Of a DNA stretch of 64,000 bases, positions 22,564 to 36,543 are shown in pieces. A model generated the notes under the pieces. It was not told the origin of the DNA and ran no database searches. It saw only the letters and a program-made list of their open reading frames with translations. This DNA is from Marsupella aquatica (lineage: Eukaryota > Plantae > Marchantiophyta), in NCBI GenBank assembly GCA_973895155.1, contig OZ316892.1, positions 14,128,861 to 14,192,860 of the forward strand, given 5' to 3'. Position numbers and translations under genes: made by a program. How positions within the stretch are numbered: position 1 is the first letter of the stretch; each line of letters starts with the position of its first letter.

Positions 22564-25500
22564 TTAAGGGACACTTGGTCCATGGCCATCCCCCAAAGTT
22601 TTAATACGGTGACATAACTCATAACTTTCATTGATGGTGCTAAGCCCTGACTTTCACATCCTACAAATATATATTCTATTGCAAAAAATATATAAATGGC
22701 AAGCCAGGTGATATATGAGACTCAAAATATGACAAATGAATATAGTATAACTTACAACTTACATATGTCCTAAATGTCAAATGCACAACAAGGGTGGAAG
22801 TTTTCAACCAAAATAAATGTATAAAAAATCAAAAATCATAGTCTACACCTCTTCCAAATATGATATGACCCACATCTTTCTTCCACCTGATGCTTCTAGG
22901 AACAAGGTCACGAACCCTTGATGTACGTTGACGGGTACAAGTATTACTAGGCTGCCGTGTTCGAACTCGTATCACCTCTCGGCCAATGTTTTCATTCCAG
23001 CACATTGCAGCACATGCCATGCGGGCTTCATGAGTCATGGAAAAGTGAATCCTCTTCATAGCATATTTGTTGATGTTGCCATGAAATGTTTCACTGAAAA
23101 AGTTAGCTCGGGCACTAGTGTAGAAGCGAACATTGACTGCAATAATGTTCTTATGCAACCATTGCTTCAAAGCTCTATGTGTAGCACCCTCTGCAAAATC
23201 CACAACAATACATATATTTGACAATATTAGAAATTGCAAAAGATTAGCTAATAATCCTAACACATTATTCATCTCATAAATACACAAGTTACAACCAAAT
23301 TTAATAATCAATACACAGTACCTACGGCATAGTATGGCATATAAGTTGCACCTTCCTCACAACACTTGCGAGGAAGAAAGTGTTTGCAAGGTTCATGGTT
23401 ACCGGCCCAATGATCAGTTGCTGTGATGATCTCCCTAGCCAACATGGTAGCATCATCATTTCCCCTGATAGTAAGTAGTCATCACAATATAATTTGAGAG
23501 TTAGCTTAGTTCAAATAAGTAAATAGTTCATTGTTCATAATAATTTCAATGCAATCATGATACTTTAGTTGTCATCCTACCTTTCTTTTGCATTGCAGCA
23601 ACAATAGTAGAACCAACTCTTCAACTTATCACCAAGTTGTTTCTCTGTGAGTTCTGGATACTTCAATTGCCTCCTGGTGTGCAATGTGATGTCCTCCTCT
23701 GGAAGCTTTCTATGTCTTCCAATGCGGTGCACCAACTCTGTCTTATTACCTGTATGCCTCAAATTTTGGTTTTTGCACCAATTTGACAACACTTGAACAA
23801 TGAATGTGCTCAATTCTTGCAAGGATATTGCACCATCAATCCCACTGGCAGGTGCTGTTTCTTTCACATTTGCTAGCTCTTTGTTAAACTGCTTCAGAAG
23901 ATTCTTACATTTGTGCCATAGATCCTTCTGGTTATCAACATTGAGCTCACAAAGAATAGCATCAACTGTGTTGTTATCATCGTGAACAACCTCACTAATT
24001 GTAACTCCAACATCCTGAAGATGTTGCAAAGCACGACGAACACCAATTGCCTCAATAGCGCCTGAATTCCCAGCCTCAACTCGATCAATTGTTACAAGCT
24101 CTACTATCTTACTGGTTGCCACGTCTATCACAAGAATAGTGCCATGATATCCAGAACATGATGAGTCCCAACGACAATCCACATATAAAATAATTGGAGT
24201 GGAACCTACAATTATCACAATTCCACAAAATAATATTTAGAAACCAACATGTATATGCATGCTCTAACAACCTAGTATATATACTAAATTCATCAATCAA
24301 TCTCGCTAACTAACAAATGCTGCACTATAGAGAAGATCAACATACCATCTCTTTCTGCTAGGCTTCGTTGCAACCTTTGTTTCTTATCATTCCAGACTTG
24401 CAATACTGCTGCAATCCATCCAATATCTCTTCGGGCTCCATTTTGAAATCGAAACCAATGGGTGTTTCTTGGAACATGGATTTGAATGTGACAGAATAGT
24501 TCACATATGATGTTGTGTGTTAGACCAGCAGAGAGAGCGGAGTGGTAAATTAGTCCAGTGATTGCAGGTACACCTATATTCAGCAATAAAACAAGGTTTT
24601 ATAAACTTTTAAAAAGCAAACACATAATATTAAAAAAATTCGGTTCAAAAGTAAAACAATAGTATTAATTTGAGCAGATGACATACCTCTATGAAGTTCA
24701 TTCTCTCCAGTCATGAAAGATTGTGTATGCCCTGTTGGGCACTTTAACTTCAATATCCATAACTGATGGTGGGTCACAATGTCCTGAACCGAATACTTAC
24801 CAACACAACCTTCAACACGGCAATGCACACAAAATTCCTGGAAAAATTCATGGACCTTGCTTTTTTGCCAAAAAGCATACTCCACTATCTGACTCTCTGG
24901 GTCTGACTCGTTTGTATTCTCTTGAGATGATGGCTCGTACTCAAAATCCAAACTAGAGTCAACTTCTACTTGCTGCGAAGAAGTAGATGCCTAGAAAAGC
25001 ACACAATAATTAGTTAACTATGTAAAGATGCAATAAATAGAAAAGATATAATTATAACTATGAATTGATGCAAATGACATTCAAGGACAACATTGTGAAT
25101 TTTAAAAATACAATACCTGAGTGTGATTCTCTTCAAATCCACAATCCATGAAAACCATATTGTCTAATCCAAATGTAGTTGGATCAGCCACTTCCAGCAA
25201 ACGAATGGCTCTATCCTCATTTGACATCTGTTAAGAGTTTAGGATGCAATATTTGTTTCTTAGTTGAAGGCACTAAGGTTTACATAAAATGAATGCATTT
25301 TTTATGTAAAGTAAAGTCTCTCATTTGCATGACTTGTCTATTTATGGAATAAATGTAACACAAAGCAAATGGATTAAAAACCCTAAAAAAAATTACCTGG
25401 GAATTGGATATCATAGAACCAATGTCCACGTGTATGTTGGAATCCGGAATGTGGTCTGCATCCTCCTCCCCAGACTCGATGTGGTCAAATGCAGTAGTGT

Positions 25501-26690
25501 TCAAGTCTGAATTATCGTGCTCTTCATTTGAAGGTGATGCCTCGTTAGGAATGGACTCATCACCATTTGGAATGGATGACAGTGCACCACAAGATGGCTG
25601 CAAGAAAAATATAAAAACATGTGTCAACAACAATACCAGAGACAAAACCTCTACATTTTGGATAACCCCAATTTTTTAAATACAGAACAAAAGATGCTAG
25701 AAGAGGTGTACTCAAATGAGAACATAGAAAAACAAGGATTAGTGAAAGAAAGTAATCTTGAAAGTAGAATGAAAACAAGTACCTCGGCAATGATCCCAAA
25801 TGTTCCCAAGTCCTCTTCATTAGCAAGGTGTTCATGATTTATCCATCCAAAGTCATTGGGACCCTCAAATGCTGTTAGTTCCTCTTCATCCCATCTACGA
25901 TGAGCGCTAATAGCAGCAATGATTTGCATGGACATACCATCCATCAGCCAAGCCAACACCCTCCCATGGGACATGTTGAGGGCACCCTGTAAGTCATGGT
26001 ATGTATGTATATGACTTACAGGAATCCTACATGTAATATTGGCCCCAACTCGATGATAATCAATCCTCTGTGGTTGACGAACCATTTCTCCTACTCTCGC
26101 AACCAAAACAATACAACAACAACAAATGAATATAGAAGTCCTTATATTTGTCTAGTACCATGGTCAAAAAATTGCACTTATGGAAAAAGATGCAAGAGTT
26201 TAGTTAGTAGGTTCATACCTTCCCTCGCAACAAATGCAGATGCCTTGTATTTGACCCAAGTCAGTGCCTTGCTACATGGCAAGTCCGAAAACATATGCCT
26301 TACTAGACGGAAAGTCGCAAAAAAAAAGTGGGTGGTCTGTCTCACCAAATCTGCCTTTCACCCATGCAAGTGCCCTCATTGTTGGCAGCTTCTAAAATCA
26401 AAGCTATGAGACTATGACCTTCTGGGACAAGTCGAGGCTACTTCCCTTTCCATGCCCATGTCTCGTTCTCAATTGTGACATCAATGGATTTGTCCAACAT
26501 ATCTTGCCGCTACTGTGTACATTGTGTGTAAATCATCCCATCTTGCCCCGACCCTGTACGTTTTGTGTAAACCGAGAAATGCACTATCCGTCTAGCCGGC
26601 TCCCGTTTAGTGTAAACCATGTTGACCCTATCGTGTCATTATGTGTAAAACGATCATTGCACCTGGGAACTACCTGGCTCATCTTTGACC
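22564..26690 (-). mobile_element. Kolobok-like DNA transposon (approximate bounds)
   Basis: Candidate left end TTAA|GGGACAC at 22564-22574 fits the Kolobok TTAA target and RR terminus. Repeated tgtgtaaa motifs lie at 26510-26650. No matching right TIR was found. Confidence 0.5.
22829..26294 (-). CDS. Kolobok-like DDE transposase; spliced gene (~9 exons) with a SAP-like insertion
   Basis: Joining the GT-AG exons by hand gives an uninterrupted frame. Motifs: CVHC...LKCPTGH zinc motif, LYVDCRWDSS (D), SGAIEAIG, VVHDD (D), KDLWHKCK, DHWAGNHEPC, NFFSETFHGNINKYAMKRIHF...EARMACAAMCWNEN (E). The start codon is uncertain (26294 or ~26084). Confidence 0.7.
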
Positions 26691-26748
26691 AGCTCATCTA
26701 CGACTAACTTGAAGTGCATAGCTCATCTACGACTAACTTGAAGTGCAT
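26691..26748. repeat. Perfect tandem duplication, 2 x 29 bp
   Basis: agctcatctacgactaacttgaagtgcat occurs twice. Confidence 0.9.
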
Positions 26749-29700
26749 GGCCAAAGGAAGGAGAAGCATCGCTGATTCACTATACTCACAAACATTGTGG
26801 AAATGGTTACAGGATGGATAGAGAAGGTCAGGAAAAGTTAGGTTCTGTGAAGCAGAATGTTTTCCCCTATCGCAGAGCTCGTCGCAGAGGTAGGATGCTA
26901 AGTATCGGTGATATAACTCATGGGGCTATTGTGCTCACGGACATCTTGTGGTTTGAGATGAATGTTCAAAATTAATGAAGTACAATGTTGCGGTCCTGCT
27001 AAGCTAGTCATATCTTCTGCTCAGCAATGTGCAAACATCATTGGTCATCGACAATGAGCAGAGACATAAATCAAGCACAATCTGCCAGTAGAGACTCCAG
27101 AGTGTGACAGCTCAACTATGCAATCATAGCTTATAATAGAGCAATCCATAAAATTGGTCGTTCATACTTAGCAGTTGCGCTTTGCTGGTCTTTTTTTGCC
27201 ATTTCTCTCAAAGATACGGATGCGCATGCCATTATGACGAGGATCTGGAACTAAAGATTTGGCAAGGCATGGTGCTATCACCGGTGTTGTATGTGCATGT
27301 CTGGCACAAGTTGGCGATGGAAATATTGTGCTATCTCTCTTCTCGGTCCTTCTATGAAGGCGGCGCTTGTGAGTATTTCTCATCCTTCGTTTAGAGTACA
27401 GTTTAGAGCATCATAACGATTTTACAGAAGAAATGCTTTATTGCTGTGAGCGTCATTAGTTGTGTCTCTTGGATTTATGCCTTGGATGTATCAAGTATTG
27501 ATGAAGAATAGGGGATTTCGAGCCGGGATTTCGAGTTGACGTCGTTTTCACTTGTCAGGAAAATCAACCACGTACCTCTATGTGCTGTGCATGGTTTGTT
27601 CAGAGCGGTGGCCGTTCTCAGTCACAAAGTTAAATTTTCAGATGAGCTTCGGAAATCTTCTGCAAATTTCCTTGTAACTATTGTTGAGGTACTCTCGCTT
27701 TACTTCATGATGCGTTCTGGAATTCTTTTATCCTCTCGGCAGTAAGCACGAACCACCGTCATGGTCATGTGTTGAGCTTTGAAGTAAGATTGTTCCCAAT
27801 GTGAACTTCTTCTTGGCAAGAATCTTATTTTTTGTTTCCCTCCCTCAGTAGTACCAATGGTTGGCTAGAATATGGCGCCACCTCTGGCATATGACCTCTA
27901 CCTGCAAAGATGATGATGCTCGACCGCAGTGTGCAGGAAGAGAGTCTTGCTACAAAGGAACTGACGTTGTCTAGGTGCCCACAACGAGGTGGAGATCGAT
28001 CAGCTGAAAATTTGCATAGTTTCTGTACAGACAGGAGCCTGGCCATGTGGGGTAATTTGCGTTGATCAATTTATAGGACTTCTGCTAAGGATTAGAGCAG
28101 AAGAATGTTTCTTGTCAATCTGCACGAGTTTCAGGGGATTTTTAGGGGACAGAACTGAATGTCTGAATCCAGCTCAAGGGAGTGGGAATAAAGTGCTTAC
28201 TGTGCAGCAGGCTTGGAAAGATCTGAAAAGTGGATCCTTATACTGTAGGTTCCACATAAATGATGGTCCACAGCTCCTGCACAAGCTGCATTCCCCAGGT
28301 GGTGCAGAATTCATAGATTGTGCACGACAGAGGGCTCCATATTAGTGATTTCGGATTGTCTGTTTTCTCAGTTCGGGGACAGGATTGGAGGATCTAGGAA
28401 AGAGCTTGTCCTGAACACTCTAAAGCGACCTTGTCTAATTCTTATGGCTCGCAGTCCCAGCTTCGCACTCCAAGTATTGAAGGTTATTTATGAGTTCTTA
28501 AGGACAGGTTACCTACACGTCCCCCATGACCTTTCTCTCTCTTTGCTAATCCTTACCTGGTTGTTCATTCTCAGATCACGTGTTTCCTCGTCACTGTACA
28601 TGATGTTCTGTTGAACTTGTTGTTGTTTGTAAACGTGGTAAGAATATAATAGTCTAAACAGATGAGAACTTCGAGATTAAATATAACCTCGTTGAAGTTG
28701 CTGCACGATTTTGGGTCTGTATTATAACGGGTTGTCATTTTTGCTGGCCAGTCTATTGCTATCTTTGCCATTCTTGAAGGTGAGGGGTATTAATCTTTGT
28801 TTCTGCTATACCGATGCCTGCAGATAATGAGCAATGGGAGATCACACAGTGTTTTCCACAGAGTGCTGGTAAATCAGAACAGCTCTTGCCTTTCCGTTGC
28901 TGCTTTTGCTACTCCTGGACCAAAGTGCATTATCCAGCCACTAGACGCGGTGCTCAAGAGATGGTGAACAACCAAAATACACCTATGTTATATGTAGACT
29001 ATGCAAGGAATTTTGCAAAGGACGTCTGTGCCGGAATTTCACCCCATGCTCGCTACGAAATCAACAGTGATTAGTTGCCCGACATCTATTTGAGGCTCAA
29101 TTTTAGTTGTAAATATTGGCGTAGTCTGCAAAGTCAAAGGCCGGCAGGATCGATAGTTACCAAACTCCATTGCAGGCTTCATTCTTTGTTGTATATGATT
29201 GTTTATGACTTGCTGTGATCTTTCAATCCGTGTCGACGACCTCGGTTACATATTGAGATTTCATTGAAGCAAAGTAAATGCAAAGTTTGGATAATCATGG
29301 AGAGCTTTAGGCGACACTCCATAGCCGTAGTTCATCCTTCATCTTCCGGTTATAGTGCTATTGGCATCAGCCATTGCTCTTGTTCACATAGATGTTACTG
29401 TGAATGAAAATGGGAGACTTTGCTTTTCCAAGTGTCTGTACATATGGAAGATTGCAGCAGAGCAGGATGACATGATTTTGGTTGCGTTAGGTTTTTCAGA
29501 ACATGGCCATTATTCATTCAGCCCAGCGCAAGCAGATTTCCCCATGTCGATTACAACCGCTTTTCAAGCCCAGCACACTCACAAACCTCCATGGCTATGG
29601 CAGCAGCTCAGCAGCTCAGCACACTAACGAACGTTCGAACCTCCATGGCTATGACAGCAGCCCACCACACTAACGAACCATGGCTAAGCAATAGGTCACG

Positions 29701-30176
29701 TGAACAAACTCACTGACGGCTAAACCCAACGTGCTTTGTGGCGGACCACTGACCCAGCTTGTATTGCGGAGCCTGGCTGGGGGCTACGGGCTCTAGCTGG
29801 GAGGTTGGAGCTGAGCCTTTGCTGGGCACCTCTGTCGAAAATGAGCTGACCGTTACTTGGCGCTAGCTGTATTTATATGGCCAGTGGCGGTTTAAGCCCC
29901 CTGTATTCAATGTTGGACTATAACAGAACAGACAGGCCAAAAAGAAGCCCCTCCAAAATTGTTACAAAAGATTGCGAGCATGTCTACTATTGTGAAACAA
30001 AAACATAAACCCTGGGAAGGATTGCGAGACAAGATCTTCAGTGTGATGGTTAGCCTGTCAAAACTTGTGAAGAATTCAACAAATTTAGACTCTAGTTTGG
30101 ATGTTGATAATTTGTACCTTAATGTTACCATAATTTTCAACTCCCTGGTGGTTCACAGAACTTGTTCATTGATTTT

Positions 30177-32118
30177 ACTAGGCCCTACTACCTATTCTTT
30201 GAACATGAATAGCAGAGAGGACAATAAAAATGTCATCAAAATGTATTCTCTATTCATATTTTTTGAAGGTTAATAAAATAATTTTAAAAACCCATCATTT
30301 TAATAATTATATATAATATATTATTCTCCTTTATGTGCACATCATTCTTTTTGTATGCACATCCATATGAATTTTTCACATGCACATGATGGCCATATTC
30401 TTTGAAGGTTAATAAAGTGATAAACAAACTATCATTTTGATAGTCATATACAATATACCATTCTTCTTTATGTGCATATTATTTTTTTGGTATGCACATC
30501 CATATGAGTTTTTCATATACACATTATAAACTCATACAAATGATGACCATAGAATATGATGATCATAGAGTTACGATCTAGAGGCTTCACTCTAGACCTA
30601 GGCTCTTCCCAGAAGACTTCAGTTGGCATTTTTATAGTAAGATGTGGTCCTCTTTGGCCTCTTTGATTGATAAGCTTGGATGCAATTCCCATCCCCGATG
30701 TTTGCTCGGATAGAACTTCTAAACTAGTATATAATGTATGGAAACATGTCTTTTCACTAGGATGGCAAGTTAGCTGATGGACTTTCCAAAGAAGAACATT
30801 TTGAAATACTATTCCAGTTCATGGTCTCATATAAGTTTATAATTATGACTTTTATTTTCTTGGTGTACTTTGTTGCCATTTTTCCAAAATAAAAGACCTT
30901 TGGATTCTTTGTGCCTCCTGGTTTGGTGCGTTTTGTTCTTTTCCACTGTGGTGTGTATGTCTCTGAAGTCAAATAGGGTTGTGGACTTTGAAAAATGGAC
31001 TGATTTTTAGAAATTCATAACTCTTTCAATTATTCATGAAAATTGTAAATATTAGACTGGTTGGAAAGATCTTTTGAAATATAGTCTAACTAACCCAAGA
31101 TGAGACATTTTGTTTGGATATTGAAGGCGACATCAAAGGTCCAACTTTGCTCTCAATTGTTTTTGGAAACAAGACGGAAGTCAACAAGTGAAGGTGTGGA
31201 AGGTGTCACTGTCCATCAGGGTTGTGTGGTTCACATACTCTGGGAGCATTATATTTGCACAAAAATCTCATGGATTTGTGAGTAGGTCTAAAATTTCTTC
31301 CTATGAAAACAATTCCTCAATGAGTGAGGTGTAAAAGGTATCAGGTTTGACGGGAGCATCATTTTGGCACCAAAAAGCTCACATTAAGATTAGGTACAAA
31401 TTTGTTCTTTCTATAAAAAAAGCAGAAGGGTGTCAATGAGTGAGGTGTAAAAGTTGTCAAGGTCCATGGGAGCATCATTTTGGCAGGAATAGCTAACAGA
31501 TTTTATGAGCCTGTCTAAATTTGTTCCTTCACTTAAAAAAAGTTCATAAGGGTGTCAATTAGTGAGGTGTATGAGGTGTCACTGTCCATGGGGGCATCAT
31601 TTTGGCAAGAAAAGCTCATGGAGATGATGTCTAATTTTGTTCTTTCGTCTCACAAAAATTCAAAAGGGTGTCAATGAATGAGGTGTAAAAGGTGTGAATG
31701 CCTGGTGACTGCCCATGGGGCATCATTTTGGCATGCAAAAGCTCACGGATTATCTTATTTATAAAGTGTCAACTACAAGTTAGAATTGAGACCTAGGTTT
31801 TTAGAGTGAAGACTCTAGACTGTAATTCCATGGCTCATCATGTGGATGGAAAAACTCATGACTATGATATATGTCAAATGATAATCATGCATGCTCTTTG
31901 TCATGATTTTTATTTATATTAGAAAATGAGCTCTATGGCCCCACCATAACATATGTGCATAGAAAAAGGGATGTGCACAGAAAAGAGTAGATTACATTAT
32001 ATATAATTATTAAAATGATGATATGCATGAGATTTTAGTGAATAAGAGGTATATTTTAGTGAAATTTTTATTGTACTCCTAGCTATTCAAATTCAAAGAA
32101 TGGGTAATCAAGTCTAGT
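30177..32118. repeat. Two inverted, diverged copies of an AT-rich repeat (~30177-30605 and ~31785-32118)
   Basis: Example matches: catcattttaataattatata vs tatataattattaaaatgatg, and tctagaggcttcactcta vs tagagtgaagactctaga. Confidence 0.7.
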
Positions 32119-32520
32119 GGTGTCTAAACCTGTTCTATCTTGCAAAAAAGAATTCAAAAGGGTTTCAATGAGTGAGGTGTAAAAGGTGTCACATCCATGG
32201 GGGCATCATTTTGGCACAAAAATCTCATCCAAATTGGTGTCCAAACCTGTTCTATGTTTCTAAAAAGTCTGAAAGGTGTCACGTGCATCATTTTGGCACA
32301 AAAAGCTCACGGATATTGGTGTCTAAACCTGTTCTATGTTTCAAAAAAGTGAGGTGTAAAAGGTGTCACCAAGTGAGGTGTAAAAGATAGGTGTAAAAGA
32401 TAGGTGTAAAAGATAGGTGTAAAAGATGTCAGGGTCCATGAGAGTATCAATTTCGCACGAAAAAGCTCACGGGTTTTACGAATAGGTCTAAATCTGCTTT
32501 TCCTTTCAAAAAAATTCAGC
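31188..32520. repeat. Degenerate ~120-bp tandem repeat array upstream of the PPR gene
   Basis: The unit gtgaggtgtaaaaggtgtc...catgggggcatcattttggcac-aaaagctcacggat recurs about 8 times, is interrupted at ~31755-32120, and includes an internal (aggtgtaaaagat)x3. Confidence 0.85.
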
Positions 32521-32993
32521 AGTAGCCGACGCACGCACACCATCGCTGTGATGGATGGCATTCCCGAGGGTTTATCGAAAACACGGCAGTCTTCGGTCCT
32601 GCACTGTAGTAGTGTAGTGCACCAGCGTGCATCAGATCAGAGCGGAGGCTAAGAGCTCTCTCTCGACCTGCTCAGCGAAGAAAGGAAGAAACGAAAACGA
32701 AGAACGAAGAACGAAAACGAGAATGAGAAACGAGGACGAGAACAGCAATTGCAGACTTTTGCAGTGAGGCATTGAGGTGGATTTTGCATCCTTTGTCGTA
32801 GAGATTGTACTCGAGGTGTATGAGGTGGACGGAATAAGGATTGTCGAGGGTTTTCGGAAGGTGATGTAATGCGTGGCGACCTAGATGTGATATCGGTGGA
32901 ACTGAAGTACGCACGAATGTTTCGGTAAGAGGTGGGAAGGAAAGCAGCTGCAGTGCGTTTGGCCCCGACGGCTAGCACGACGGCGGGAGGAGG

Positions 32994-35900
32994 ATGGCTG
33001 CTGCTTCTTCGCGCTCCTCCTCGATGAAGGGCTTGACAAGGGCCATTTTGAGGAGATATTTGGCAAACCCTACGACGGAGCTCTCGTGCGCGAAGGCTTC
33101 TGCTGCAGGTAGCTGCTCCCGCTCGAGCAACAACTTCGATTTCCCCGGCGAGTCACATTGCTGTGGAAGCCAGTACCGAGTGTTGGAGCAGCGAAGAAAT
33201 TTTAGAACGAGCTTGCAAGGAAGTCAGCAATCACAGTTGGAATCTGAGGTCACTGAAACTGACTCTGTCCAGGGTTTCCAGAATGTTCCGTTGCCCCTCC
33301 GAAATTACAGTCCCGTCCTGTCAGGATTTTCCGTCCTTCCGAACACAGCTGTTGGAATTCCCTCAGGACTCAGTCCGCCTTCCAATGCAGGGAGCCTCAA
33401 TCTGGATCAGTTGGGAAGGGAGATGTCTAACTATCTCTCCCAGGGTAGATTGGAAGAAGCTGTTCGGCTTTTTGAGAACTGGCTTATGTTTCCAGATTTG
33501 CAAGGGAAGTCCAAGGTTCCAAATGTCATGACCTACAACCTCTTGCTCCATGCGAAGCTACGATTGGGAGTCGATCCCCGGCACATGCTGCAAGTTATCA
33601 AGGATATGGAAATGTGCCGGTTGAAACCAACTTTGCTGTCCTATAACTTTCTTTTGCGTGCTATTTTCCGCCAACGGGACTCGAAAATGGCCGAACGTAT
33701 TCTTGAAAAGTAAGTAAGTAAATATATTTTACAGTGTTCTCTGACGCTGGCTCTACAGTCTTTCTTTCTCACCTAAGTCGTGGAACGGGATTGCAGCAGC
33801 TGGGAGTATTCTTTATCGATTCGTTCGAAGTAATTTCTTTTTCAAACTGTCTTTTGAAAGATCTTATGTGATGAAAGTCGTATGTTCAACTTTCCTGTAT
33901 GCATCAGGATGGAGCAGTCTGGTCCGGAGGCACAGCCAGATGGAGATTCTTACAACTTCGTCATTGTTCTCTGCGCTTTAGAACGAAGGATCGATGCTGC
34001 AATGTCTCGTTTTCAGGCTATGCTCGATCGGGGATATGTTCCAAGCAGAACCACTTACAATGAGCTACTTCTTGCTGCAGTACGTGTGCATCGCTCTCGT
34101 GTGGCCGTGGATATTTTGAAGGATCTCCAGGTAACGACGTCATGCCTCTTAGGCATCGGGACTGTAGCTTCGTCCCATTTGTGGAGTCAATTTGTGTCAC
34201 TAACATTTTGAAACTTTTCCTCTATCTGTCCTCGCTATTCTACTCAGTAGTTATCTTTTCCCATTTTCTAATGGTTCTGATTTATTGCTCAATATATTTA
34301 CAGAAACGAAATATTGTGCCACAACCACAAACCGTTGTAGAACTGGCCATGGCTGCAGCAGAGGTCGATGACGCGGAGTGCGCAAGCCTTGCTATCGGAT
34401 TACTCACCACTTCAGAATTGAGTAAGACCACAAGGAATTTGAACATGGATGAGGGTGGGATCTACTATCTGCTTTCCTCAGCTGCAAGGGCGTCCAATGC
34501 AAAGTTTTCGAAACAGGCCTGGTCTATTTTTCGCAGTAATTTAAGGGAAAAAGAACTCCCCAGCCCAGCGAGTTATCTTGCTCGTATCCATGCCCTAGCC
34601 GCGGCAGGAGATTTTGATACGACTTTTGCTACGTTACGAGAGTTGGAGTCCTTGGTTTCCAATAATCCTCAACAATATGGTGGTGATAGGGAGATCTTTT
34701 CCCCATTCTCATCTTTGCGGCCACTTGTACTGGCATGTACCAGAGGCGGGTTTGCAGCTCTGGATGCGGTGAGGTTTGTTGAGTTTCCGCAAAATCAAGG
34801 AGCATGATAGCTTGGTTGAATTGTGAGGCTTGCATGATATTTTGCACGGGATCTTGGATTGATGGTTTCCATGATTGTTTCATACTCTTGAAAGATTGAC
34901 ACCGTTGATATTTGATTCGACGTCAATTTAACGCCTTCGAGAAAATCTGGGTTCATTTTTCAGTAGTATACATGGAACCTAATTCTCGAGGTTAAGGAAC
35001 AGCTTGTCTTGCATAGCTTGTGTATTCACCTGCGCAGATCTAACTCAAGAGTTCTGTTATTTTTGCAGGCGTACTACAAACTCGCAGAAATGAATGCTAG
35101 TGGTCAACCAGTGACCCTATCTGCCATCAATTGTGTGATTCAAGGATGTGCAAATATATGGGATTTTGACAGGGCCTATCAAACTTTCGAAACTATTGGG
35201 ACCGCTTTTGGTTTGATGCCGGATGTGCATTCCTGCAACTCACTTCTTGATGTCTTTGGAAAAACCAGAAAGGTACGCACGCACTCGAGGAGCTACACGC
35301 AGTGACCTATACTACTATTCGGTTGTCTTTCAGCGTGTCATGCTGTCGACAGTGGATAACCATAGTCCTCATTTTCGTTTTGAACGATGTAGATATATTG
35401 CCAATTGGTTCTTGCTTTTCGGATCTAAATGAGCGCCAGATATCTTACAATGGTCATTGATGGGTGGAAGCTTCACCGATGTGTATTCCTGAAGCTTTCC
35501 GTGTCACAATGAGATAGTCTGCCATCATTTAGATAATTAAACATTTGTGTGCGGCATCTTTTAAAGATCGAAAAAGTTAGGTCACGTTTCTTTCTATTAT
35601 TTATTCACTGAGAGGCTTGTGGAATCGATACCTGCGAGTCATTTTGTACAACCTGGTGAGAAACCAATTGATACCTGAAATTCTCGTCAGGTTGTACTAA
35701 TTTCTGTTCCTCAATTCCACAATTTGGAAGAACTAAGGGTCCTACTTCTACCTGGATGTACAGCAGCTTGACCTTGGGTCATCATTTCTAGTTTTAGGAC
35801 TTTAAGGTAAGTGAGAGAATGTCTCTAGGTTTTTCCAAGTCATATTCTGGTAGTCTGGGAACCAAACTTTCATAAGGGATGCAGTTGGTACTTCCCTCAC

Positions 35901-36543
35901 AAGTAATGCAAGGTATCTGCACTTGGGCTTCCCTCGAATCTGAGTTGATCTATTTTGGCTTCTATGAGTTTTCTAATGCTATCTGGTTGTGGATGTTGCC
36001 TTTTGAAGATGCCAGAAGTTGTGCAAATCTTCGACTACATGCATGAAGTTGGAGTTGTTCCAGATGAACGAACATACAGCCTGTTAGTTGATGCTCATGT
36101 GGTGAATCGTGACCCAAAGGCTGCAATGGATGCCTTGAATTTGATGGTAGGTTTTCTCAAGCTGTTTAAGTGACTGCTGATTTCCGTGATGCTGTTCGTT
36201 TCCATTTGTTATTTTTCTATTTTCTATTTCTTTATTTCCTTTTGTGTGATACCTTTTCCCTGAACTTTCCAAAATGTCCATGGAACTTGCACTTCCTGTG
36301 CTGATGCTTGGGAATGTACTTTGACAGACCAACGCAGGATACATCCCTCAGCGACAAACTCTACAGAAAATTTGGAGGCGGTATGTAAAGGAAAACGATA
36401 AAGAGGGTGCCAGAGAAGTAGAAATTCTCATGAAAAAGTACGGTTACCGAGATTGCCACGCTGCTTCAGGCAAGTGGCAAGAAATCTCATCATTTCGGTC
36501 TTCCATGTTGACTTCATTCCGAAGACCTGAGATGAAAAATTAG
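32994..36543 (+). CDS. Mitochondrial P-class PPR protein, At1g26460-like (6 exons: 32994-33709, 33908-34130, 34304-34768, 35069-35272, 36009-36146, 36328-36543)
   Basis: The GT-AG junctions keep frame and the N-terminus is an Arg/Ser-rich presequence. PPR motifs are present along with the family-specific segments SPFSSLRPLVLAC, AINCVIQGCANIWDFDRAYQTFE and RTYSLLVDAHVVNRDPKAA. Confidence 0.92.

Noticed and set aside
26800-29100. Possible spliced gene or pseudogene on the plus strand
   Set aside because: Splice-like signals exist, but no consistent frame or recognisable domain could be assembled.
29882-29897. hAT-like TIR (cagtggcggtttaag)
   Set aside because: No partner inverted copy or 8-bp TSD was found.
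31188-32520. CRISPR-like appearance of regularly spaced repeats (also 63198-64000)
   Set aside because: The 'spacers' are homologous to each other, the repeats are degenerate, there are no cas genes, and the context is eukaryotic. These are ordinary tandem repeats.
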